From assembly GCF_038025025.1 (NCBI RefSeq), contig NW_027117340.1, positions 434,001 through 498,000 of the forward strand: DNA of 64,000 nucleotides, written 5' to 3'. Made by a program: the position numbers and the translations under genes. The stretch is from Phyllosticta citribraziliensis (lineage: Eukaryota). Of this stretch, positions 25,570 to 35,738 are shown piece after piece. Below the pieces are notes generated by a model, which searched no databases, had not been told where the DNA came from, and was given only the letters and a program-made list of their open reading frames with translations. Within the stretch, counting starts at the first letter, position 1. Each line of letters starts with the position of its first letter.

Positions 25570-26016
25570 ATGTCCAACCAAGGCTATTACCAGGGTGCTC
25601 CTCAGTACCCGCCGCAAAGGTGAGCATCGCTGCTCTTGGCAACGCCCTACTGCGCGCGCACATCACTGACGATTGCGACAGCTACGGCCCTCCCCAGCAG
25701 GGCTATGGCCAACCTGCCTACGGCGGCTACCCGCAGCAACCTGTACGTCACCCTCTTCCCCTGGATCCAAGCGCCGTCGCTGACAAGACCCGCACAGATG
25801 CAATACCAGCAGGGCCCTCCCCAGCAGGTCATTGTGAAGGAGAAGAAGGACCGCGGCTGCCTTGGCACCTGTCTTGCGGTTCTTTGCTGTTGTTTCGTCT
25901 GCGAGGAAGGTTGCGAGTGCTGCGCAGAATGTTGCGAGGTGAGCCAACTTCGACGCTTCTCGGTTTCAAGACGGCCGCAGCTAACACGACTCCAGTGCGC
26001 CGAGGAGTGCTGTTAA
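25570..26016 (+). CDS. CYSTM-type cysteine-rich tail-anchored membrane protein, four exons
   Basis: The spliced product MSNQGYYQGAPQYPPQ...QQGPPQQVIVKEKKDRGCLGTCLAVLCCCFVCEEGCECCAECCECAEECC has a PGQY-rich N-terminus and a Cys-rich TM tail. Confidence 0.85.
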
Positions 26017-26725
26017 GCGCCCCGTGCCCCACTCGACCAACGGCCTCTATGCGCCGATCCCCCAACACACGCAACTCACGCCTGAGTTTACGACTGACAA
26101 GGACCGTCCCCTCGACCCGTCCTGATACTACGATGATACCCGACACCCGGTACAATTTCTGGCTTGGGTAGAGATGTGGAGAGGAGAGAGAGAGAGAGCA
26201 CATGAGTGCTGATGGTTGTGGTTTGAAGCCAACGTGGACGATGCTTGGTGTGCAGCGGTGGCAGGCGTTTGCTTTCTCGGATTGCTGTTCGAGAGACATG
26301 AGTTTCTTCTCTTTTGGGTTCTCTTCATGACTGAATATTCCATGTTTTTGTTTTACAAGGCAATAATGCTCGACTTCTTTTTAGCCCTCCAAAATCTGGA
26401 CAGCTAGTGATTGCATTGCGCATGGGGGAAATCGCTCCATTCACCTCGCGACAGATCTGAAAATAATGTAAACAGGCAGAAACATGCCGGGCCGAATTCC
26501 AACGTCTGAATCGCGCGTGAAACTTTTGTAAAAGATGCCTTTCTCTGATGCTGCCCTTCCCTCAGCTCACACCCGAAGGCGGGCGGTGGGCCGAAAGTCT
26601 TGGCGCGGGCCCTGTCCAAAGCTCCAGGTGGCTTCCTCCCGGTTACGCGGCTTCACCTGTCGGGGCAAGCTGGCCAACACCACAACCATCACTCCAGCTG
26701 CACCCTCCTCTGCAATTGCTCTACC

Positions 26726-29234
26726 ATGGCTGACGCCGCGGAAAAGAGCGCCTTCCTGCAGGGCGTCACGGGTAGAAATACCCGTGGCATGCTCCGCATC
26801 ATTATTCTCATCACAATTGCTGCCGCCGCAGTAGCTAGCCGCCTGTTCAGTGTGATCCGCTTCGAGAGCATCATCCACGAATGTAAGCTCGAAACAGTCC
26901 GTCGTGCCATTCAAAGCCTGCGCTGACACTGCTCCAGTCGATCCTTGGTTCAACTTCCGCGCCACAAAATATCTCGTCCAGCACGGCTTCTACAAGTTTT
27001 GGGATTGGTTCGACGACAGTACGCGTCCTGCCCGAACACCGACCCCTTCCGACCACCTCTCCGTCACAACATCGACTCAATTGCTAATCCCGCTTTACGA
27101 CAGGAACATGGCATCCTCTTGGAAGAGTCACTGGCGGTACGCTGTACCCAGGCCTCATGGTCACCAGCGGCGTCATCTACCACATTCTCCGCTTCCTGAC
27201 CATCCCCGTTGACATTCGGAACATCTGTGTGCTGCTTGCGCCCGCCTTCTCAGGCCTCACAGCCTTCTCCACATACCTCCTGACCTCGGAAATGTCCGAG
27301 TCGCCTTCGGCTGGACTGCTCGCTGCAGCTTTCATGGGCATCACCCCCGGTTACATTTCGCGCTCTGTCGCTGGAAGCTATGACAACGAGGCCATCGCCA
27401 TTTTCCTCCTTGTCTTCACCTTCTTCCTCTGGATCAAGGCTCTTAAGAACGGGTCCGCCCTGTGGGGTGCCTTGTGCGCGCTGTTCTATGGCTACATGGT
27501 GTCTGCTTGGGGTGGATACGTCTTCATCACCAACTTGATTCCTCTGCACGCCTTCGTCCTTATCTGCATGGGACGGTACAGCCCACGCCTTTACGTCAGC
27601 TACACTACATGGTTCGCTCTGGGAACGCTGGCCAGCATGCAGATTCCGTTTGTCGGATTCTTGCCCATTAGGTCCAGCGAGCACATGTCTGCCCTTGGTA
27701 CGAATCTTTCCCCCAGCTTTCCCTTTTGGCGTTGCTGACATTTTGGCGCAGGCGTTTTTGGATTGCTTCAGATTGTAGGCTTTACCGAATACGTGAGGGC
27801 CCAGCTGCCTAGCAAGCAATTCCAGACCTTGCTGCGGGCTCTGGTGCTTGCGATCTTCGTCGTTGGCTTTGGTGGCCTCGTCCTCCTCACCTTTTCTGGT
27901 GTCATTGCTCCCTGGACTGGCCGCTTCTACTCCCTCTGGGACACTGGATACGCCAAGATTCACATTCCCATCATCGCGTCAGTCTCGGAGCACCAGCCTA
28001 CCGCGTGGCCTGCATTCTTCTTCGACCTCAACCTTCTCATCTGGCTTTTCCCCGCGGGTGTGTACATGTGCTACCGCAAGCTCACGGACGAGCAAGTCTT
28101 TGTGGTCATTTACGCTGTCTTGTCGAGCTACTTCGCTGGCGTCATGGTTCGTCTGATGTTGACGTTGACTCCAATTGTCTGCGTCGCTTCGGCCATGGCT
28201 CTATCGCACATCTTGGACGCCTATCTCGTTGTAGACAGCCCCAAGCCGCCGACCAAGACCTCAACCAAAGAGAATGGCCACACCACGGAGGAAATTGCTT
28301 CCAGCTTCTTGCCGGCATCTCTCCGCTCCACTCGCAGCCCCGTGGTCGGCATCTATTCTTACGCTTCGAAGCTCACTGTTGTGGCTACCACCACAATTTA
28401 CCTCTTGCTTTTCGTCCTCCACTGTACCTGGGTCACTTCCAACGCGTATTCGTCTCCTTCGGTCGTTCTGGCCAGCAGACTCCCTGATGGTAGCCAGCAC
28501 ATCATTGATGACTACCGTGAGGCTTACTACTGGCTCCGCCAAAACACTCCGGAGAACGCCAAGATTATGTCTTGGTGGGACTATGGATACCAGATTGGTG
28601 GAATGGCGGACAGACCTACGTTGGTCGACAACAACACGTGGAACAACACGCACATCGCAACGGTGGGCAAGGCCATGAGCTCTCGCGAAGAGGTCAGCTA
28701 CCCCATCATGCGTCAACACGAGGTTGACTATGTCCTTGTTGTTTTCGGCGGTCTGCTTGGCTACTCTGGTGACGATATCAACAAGTTCCTGTGGATGGTC
28801 AGGATTGCTGAGGGTATCTGGCCTGATGAGGTCAAGGAGCGCGATTTCTTCACTTCCAGGGGCGAGTACCGTGTCGACGACCAAGCCACGCCCACCATGA
28901 AGAACAGTCTGATGTAAGATTTCCGCATTCCATGGTCTGCAATGACTGCTGACAACGTTACAGGTACAAGATGTCTTACTACAACTACAACTCTCTCTTC
29001 CCCTCTGGCCAGGCCACTGACCGTGTCCGTGGGTCTCGCCTTCCTGCTGAGGGTCCTCAACTCAGCACAGTGGAGGAGGCTTTCACCAGCGAAAACTGGA
29101 TCATTCGCATTTACAAGGTCAAGGACTTGGACAACCTGGGCAGAGATCACGCAGCGGCCATGGCATTCGACAAGGGCAACAAGAAGAAGAGGACTGCGAA
29201 GAAGAAGGGTCCCAAGACCTTGCGGGTCGAGTAG
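26726..29234 (+). CDS. STT3: Oligosaccharyltransferase catalytic subunit Stt3, multi-exon
   Basis: [43 protein letters not shown], the WWDYG motif, [21 protein letters not shown]. Confidence 0.97.
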
Positions 29235-29579
29235 TGCACAACGTTCTTGCAAAAAATATTTGTGCCAGCATCAAAAATTTTCAACGAGCTTAGAATGTAC
29301 AGTCCAAACAAAAAAAGAAAGCCCACATGAGGGAGCATCGAAAACTCAAAATCTAACCCATATTACTCAGTAGCCTTTGGGCTGCCCCTTCGTCTTGTTG
29401 CTTTGGTTTCCTGAGCGTTTGAATTCTCAAACCTTTGCATCACGTTCGTCTCTGTGTAATGCTCCTTGGACTATTCATGAATGTACTTCTTGCACAGAAT
29501 CCCGCAGCTTCCCCCACATCGCTCATCACGTCTTTGGAAATATGGAAAGCTCCACGTGCTGGAAGGACTCTGGACTGGC

Positions 29580-31860
29580 TTTTGCATTTTGTTGTTGGCT
29601 GAAAGAGAAGGCATACGCGACGCAATGACCCCGAAAAGGACGTCCCACAACATCCTGCGCCAAAGCTCACTTGCCGAATCCCGCTGTATGCTGTTGTGGT
29701 GCTTGGTCCGAACGAGAACGACGTTGCTACGACATGTCGCCCAAGGTTTCGCATAGACGAAATGACCCTTGGTTGCGTTTGATGTTTTCCGGTTACTTGG
29801 AGCGAGCGGAAAGAGAAGACACATGTGCCTCGGACCATTCAAAGAAATTCTCACGACTTCATCCAAGCACACCTGGTGGAACCAACTCAGGGGTCGGGAT
29901 AGGAAAGAGGAGGCGCCCGGAACAACATCGCCGCGACATTCTTTCGCGCAGGAGTCCAAGGTCCACGTTGCCCATGAGCTGGTTTCTGAGCTTGGTGGTA
30001 TGGCTTGGAGTAAAGATCAAACGGAAGGCACGAGTAGAGAGCGAGGTTACCCAGGACGACGTCAGCGCGACTTCTCCTTGCGCAGGAGTCTATCATGATG
30101 GTGGTCTCGGGCTGCTTTCGTTGTTTGGTGGTTGCTTGGAGCAGCAAGAGATGGCAGATGGAACGAGATTGTCACGACGTCGTCCTGCTGTCTCGCTGTC
30201 TCGCTGTCTCGCTTTGTCGCAGGCGCCCACCACAATTGCCCTAAGATTTTTGGAGGCTTCTCGCAGCAGAGAGAGAAGGCATCCGAAATGGCATGGCCAC
30301 GACATCATCTCGCCCGGGAGCTATCAACATTGCCCCTGAGTATTTAAAGTGTTTGGTGTTTGCATTGAGCAGAGAGAGAAGGCGCCGGTGACAACATCAC
30401 CACGACTTAGTCTCGTCTCGTCGTCTCGTTGTCCCGCTATCCTGCGCGGGATTCTATCATCGTCAACCCTGGACCCTTTTTGGCGTGTGGTGGTCGATGG
30501 AGCGTGACATCGCCACGACATTGTCTCGCTTTCTCGCGTTCTCGCTTCCTCGCAGGAGTGTCCACCACAATGGCCCTAGACCGACTTTGCTTGCTTAGAG
30601 CAGAGAGACAAGGCACACGGAACGACGTCGTCTCGCACAGTAGTCCACCAATAACACTGCCCCTGAGCTGGTTTTGGCTTTTGGGTGTTGCTTGGAGTAG
30701 AGAAAAGGCGTTGGGGACGACAGCGCCACGACGTCATCTCGCGCAGGAGTCCAGGAGTCCATCAACGTTGCTCCTGAAGCGTGTTTAGTGCTTGGTGGTC
30801 GAATAGAATAGAGAGAAAAGGCAACCGGAACCACATCACTACCACGTTTTCTCGCGCGCCCTGCTCTCGCCCTCCACCTACCACCAACCAGCGCTGGGCC
30901 ATTTTTGGTGTCTCGTAGTGGCTTGAAGCAAAGAGAGAAGGCACCCGGGGCGACAGCGCCACGTCTTCTCGCGCCCGAGGAGCCAAGGCGGCTATCAACG
31001 AACGTTGCCCCTGAACTGTTTTTGGCGTTTGGTGGTTGCTTGGAGCATGACTTCGCTCCAACGTTGTTCGCGCTGGAATTAAGGAGTCCACGACACCACA
31101 GTCCACGGCACCACGATGGCTCTGAGCTGCTTTAGCTTTTGGTTGTTGCTTGGAGTAGAGGAGGCACCCGGGACGACGTCGCCACGACGTCGTCTCCGCA
31201 GTTCTCTCCAGAGCATTGGACAGCTTGCCCGCCCACGTATTGCCTTCTGACCTTTCTGAGCTGTCCGAGTTGCAAAGCCAGCTGCCTACACTGCTCCCAA
31301 CTCAACCCCTGACCAGCTTGATCAGCGATTTGCCTTCAGCGATCCAAAGCGCGATTACCCAGCCTCCCGCGCCGCCCTGCTCTCTGCGTCAACCAACCGC
31401 CAATCGGCCTTCAGTCATTTTTGGTGTCTGGTGGTTTTGAAGTATGTAGAGGAGGCACCTGGGCTAGGACGACATGGCCACAACATCGTCTCGCGCCGTG
31501 CGCCCACCCTCCGCCGACCACCCACCGGCCCTAAGCCCCTTTTGGTGTCTGGTGATGGTTTTGGAGTGTATAGAGAAGGCACCTGGGATGGCATCGCCAC
31601 GACGTCGCCTCGCGCCGTGCGCTCGCACTCCGGGCGCCGACCACCAACCGGCCCTAAGCCCTTTTTGGTTTCTGGTGGTGGTTTTGGAGTATATAGAGAA
31701 GGCACCTGGGACGGCATCGCCGCGACGTCGTCTCGCGCCGTGCGCCCGCCCTCCGCCGAACCCACCGGCCCTAAGCCCCTTTTGGTGTCTGGTGGTGGTT
31801 TTGGAGTATATAGAGAAGGCACCTGGGACGGCATCGCCACGACTTCGTCTCGCGCCGCCC
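29580..31860. repeat. Degenerate tandem array of ~19 units of ~100-125 bp, the last four highly similar
   Basis: Recurring consensus TTTTTGGYGTYTGGTGGTTKYTTGGAGYA..GAGAGAAGGCACCYGGGACGRCATCGCCACGACGTCGTCTCGCGC. Cores near 29604, 29700, 29812, 29905, 30022, 30147, 30271, 30373, 30500, 30604, 30699, 30812, 30933, 31040, 31157, 31448, 31572, 31694 and 31812. Confidence 0.88.
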
Positions 31861-32287
31861 TGCTCTCGCCGTCCTCCCACCTTCAACCAACAACCACCGA
31901 CGGCGACATCATCGTGATACGACGACATCATTCTCGGCGCAGCCGCAGTGCACCTTCCACGGAAAATCAGCTGGGCCAGTGCCTGGCATAAAAAGACATG
32001 GACCCCTCCAAGCGAACGATCTCTCTGCATCCGACAACCCCAACCTGTCCTGACTCCTCCAAGGCCTGGTCCACTGTCGTTGCAGTTGGTGCACCCACCC
32101 TACCTGACAATCAAACCCCGGTGGTCTTCCAATTGCCTCTGGAACCTACTTATTTCTACATTGCGCCAGACAGCTCCGAGTAAGTCTACTTTCACCCGCT
32201 TCTATTTGCTAGACAGAAAGTTGATTCCATTGGCGAAGCCCGGCGTACCCTGCGAATCGACCTCCCCCGATCCCTCGTCCCACGCCA

Positions 32288-34565
32288 TTGTCGCCTCCTC
32301 CACCTCCACAGTCGTCTGATACCTCGTCTTCGTCCTCATCTTCGCCCGAGCCACCGCTGCGATATCGCTCCTCGCTGCGACGTCCCTCCTCGATACGACG
32401 TCCCTCCTCGCTGCGAAAACCCTCCTCAAAGTTTGTCGTAGCTTCACCCGAGGCCAAGGTCAATCGCAAGCCAGTCAAGAGAGTCCGGTTTGCACTCTCT
32501 GAACGTCATCGCTCGCACTCACCCGAGATCACGCCCGAGGAACCAAGGGCAGTCCGGCGTAGAAAGGACCACCAGAACTCTGCGGCCCGTCTGCCGGAAC
32601 AAGCGTTAACCGGTCCGCTGCCTGAGACAAGGTCGAGAATTGCAAGGCCATTCCCCGGATTTCGCTTCAGAAGTCTCAGGCTGCCGAGGTTGAAGTCGAG
32701 ACGGCAACCCGATAGACCTGCATCCTTTCCATCAGTACCTGCATGCCGTTCTTCACAACTTGCGACCATGGCTCCTCCACCCCTTTCGCCATACGAACTT
32801 GAGCCTCCAGCCGAGTATTTGCCTTCCCCTACAACCGGACACTATGCACCTTTGGACACAGATGAAATGTATGGGTATGTTTTGGCCTCTCGCGGAGCTT
32901 CCGTGCCCACGAGACGCTACTCATACCCCGTTCCGATTCTCCGCTCTCCTTCTTCTTCTCGGTCCAGATCAGCCCAGGCCGATTTCGACGAGGAAATCAA
33001 AATCACCCATGTTCAGGACTCGCCAGTCATAACTGCGAGCCGCCACTTGTCTCATCATGGACATGCCTACGAGGTACACCACTTCTGCTCGGTCTGTCGC
33101 TCCCCTCGTTCAAGGAAGTATCACAAGCTTCATCCGGTGGAGTCTGGACATCCCATTGAGTCTGGTGTCTGTCGCAAGTGCAAGACTTCAAAGGCTTCCA
33201 GTGACGAGGAAGAAAGGGTCGTCATAAACAGGCCTGGAAGAAATCCTTTCATGGAGATGGAGAGAGTCAATGAAGAAGAGCGCGGCAGGACGCGCCAAAA
33301 GCACCATGGTCGACCAAGGATTGATTCTGATAGCCGGGTTGCCATCAATATTCAGGAAATGGAAGGTCATCGCCGTGGCAGTGGCGGCAGGACCAGATCT
33401 GACAGCCGTGTCCGGATCACCATTGAGGACACAGCTCCATTTCATTCAAGGAGACCCAGGAGCCGAACGGTCGTGAGGATGCGGGAGTGGGACGAACGCG
33501 CTCCGCATCGCTCGTTTTTGCCTTCAGAAGACATTCCAGCCAAGACTCCGACGACTGTTCGTCACATTAGTGAAGCCGAGAAGAAGCTGAGGAGCCACCC
33601 TCGGGCCTTTCGCCACGGCTTCTTCACCAGGTCCAAGTCAAGGACGCGAGCGCCATCTCCCCCGTCCGCTCATATGAGCAGGCTTTCCGTCGAACAGCCT
33701 CCGCTACCAAAGACCCGCACCGAAGCTTCTGAGCAAGCCTCTCGTTCGCAGCACGGCTCACAGGCCGCACGCACACACACTTCGTGGGTCAGTTACCCAG
33801 CATCCAGTCCGCCAGAAACTCCAAGGGCCAGAACCCACGATACCAGGAGCACAAGCGTAGTTCGCTCTGGCAGGCGACCCTCTCGTCCGGGCATCTCGCC
33901 ACGGAGGCATATGCAGGCCCACCAGATGAGTCGCAGGGCTGATGATCTACACTATGAAGATGAACTGCGTGTCCGCCTCCCTCCAGGACCCCGAGACGAG
34001 CAAGCTCGCGGACGCAGGGGCTACGATGGACATTTCAGCGATGAAGCCGGTGAGTACCAACGTAAAAGCTTAGCTTCGCATTGGAAGATGAAACACTGAC
34101 TTGATAATAGAGCGCATGAGCGGACGCTACTGGTACGATGCGCCTCGACCGTTGCCTACAGCTCCGAGACATGTCATCCCATCTTCCGAGCCAACCGACA
34201 GTTCCGCGTACATGTACCGTGGTCTAGGCAGAGAGCCCATCGCCCTGACTGTACACCCACGAGCCCCAATGTCGATGGGTCCGACTCGGGTCTCGGGTCC
34301 ACCTTCTACAGCCTACTTGCAATCTTCAGGACCACCTTCTACGGGCTACTTGGGAGCTTCGGCTTCACGTACTTCGGCTCCGAGCTCGCATGCGCACAGC
34401 GCGAGACTTTGGACTCAGGACAGCGCCAACGTCGGTAGCAGTTACGCAGGCAGCCGTAGCTCGTACCATCTCGTCGACGTCAGGGACGTGGATTCGGCCG
34501 ACTCCATGGGCTATCCAACCACAGTCAGGGAAGTTGAGGACACCCGCTACTCGCGTGGTGGATGA
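32288..34565 (+). CDS. Hypothetical Arg/Ser/Pro-rich protein with a CxxC...YH..HP...CxxC motif; first in-frame ATG at 32768; intron 34050-34110
   Basis: A 603-codon open frame is joined in frame through a GTGAGT...TAG intron to ORF 34101-34565. Motif HFCSVCRSPRSRKYHKLHPVESGHPIESGVCRKCK. The start is uncertain. Confidence 0.65.
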
Positions 34566-34570
34566 GCAAC

Positions 34571-34690
34571 GATATGAAAATCAGACGTGGATATGAAAGG
34601 CAGGCGTGGATATGAAAAGCAGAAGTGGACGTGAAAATCAGGAGTGGATATGAAAATCAGGCGTGGATATGAAAATTGGGCATGGATAGG
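34571..34690. repeat. 19-bp tandem repeat (GATATGAAAATCAGGCGTG-like), six copies plus a partial one
   Basis: GAYRTGAAA recurs at 34571, 34590, 34609, 34628, 34647 and 34666, with a partial copy at 34685. Confidence 0.92.
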
Positions 34691-34883
34691 GGATGACTTT
34701 GGCTTCTGATTGGTTGGATTTCTTTGGCTGGACTACTTCAGTTTTGGGCAGGTGGTGCCCTCTTACTGGGCGGGTCAGGGATAGTGCGGGTCATTTAGGT
34801 GAAAAAGTGCAGGCTTTAGCCCAGATAACGAAGATAGAAAATACCAAAAAAATAGACTGTAAAATTGGGGTCGTGATACGCAT

Positions 34884-35291
34884 GAATGCTCCTTGTCCGG
34901 ATGCGGGTGCTCGGTTGAATGGTCCATGAGTTGCGGCGCTTGGATGGAAGAATGCTCCTTGTCAGCATGCGAGTGCTCGATGGAATGGTCCATGAGTTGC
35001 GGCGCTTGGATGGACGAATGCTCCTTACCCGTATGCGCGCGCTCAGATGAACGCTTCTTCTCCGAAGAGGAGTGCGTGGTTGAATGCTCCTTGTCCGTTT
35101 GCGAGAGCTCGGTTGAGTGCTCCCTGCTCCTGTTTACGTCTTTGAACGAATATTCCTCATACACCACCAGCGTTGGGTCGAATGCTTCCTATACATGAGC
35201 GCTGTATTCATTGAATGCTCCTTGTTCCCGTATACATCTGCGAATGAATGCTCCTCGTGCATAAAACAAATGGCGTTGGGTCGAATGCTCC
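34884..35291. repeat. 33-bp-period array of a GAATGCTCC core with variable spacers, 13 copies
   Basis: Cores at 34884, 34917, 34950, 34983, 35016, 35049, 35082, 35115, 35148, 35180, 35213, 35246 and 35283. The first units form a 66-bp higher-order duplication. Confidence 0.9.
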
Positions 35292-35738
35292 TTCTGGGTA
35301 GCTGATTGTGTGTTTGAATGCACCCTACACGTAAAAGTAGTTTCAGCGAAGAAAACGAAAAATCCTCCCTGTGTGTGACACGAGAAAGGTTAATGGAGAA
35401 CAGATGCCGTCGCGAAGCTAGTGCGAAAGAGGCAAAGCGCAACTTGCGGGTGCCAAGTGCCGGGGGCGAGTCGGTGCTCCAGCATTTTCGCGTCAAGCTG
35501 TCTTCGCGTGCATCACCGTAACCAAACCTCCCACCCATCCCCAAATCAACCTTCACCTCACTCCGACCAGCTCTCAATTCGTCTGCTGCAGGGCCAGCAA
35601 GCAGGCAATGAGAACTTAAACGCGCTCCTTATCACCCAATCCACCCGACCGTCGTCGAACCTCGCAAATCCCACCACGCCTTTCATCGCCACGCCGTCCC
35701 ATCGCAGTAGCGACAACCCCATCCAGTAATAGCCCAGC

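Noticed and set aside
31415..32030. Overlapping ORFs on both strands across the four young repeat units
   Set aside because: The frames are open because unit lengths are multiples of 3 and the DNA is GC-rich. No domain is recognisable, and the older units break frame.
31998..32238. Possible upstream first exon (ATG 31998, donor GTAAGT 32180) of the island gene
   Set aside because: In-frame joining needs a weak AAG acceptor at 32238, so it is left unannotated without transcript data.
29580..35291. CRISPR array interpretation of the repeat/spacer-like arrays
   Set aside because: The context is a eukaryotic, intron-containing genome with no cas genes. The repeats are degenerate, and neighbouring spacers are related by duplication.
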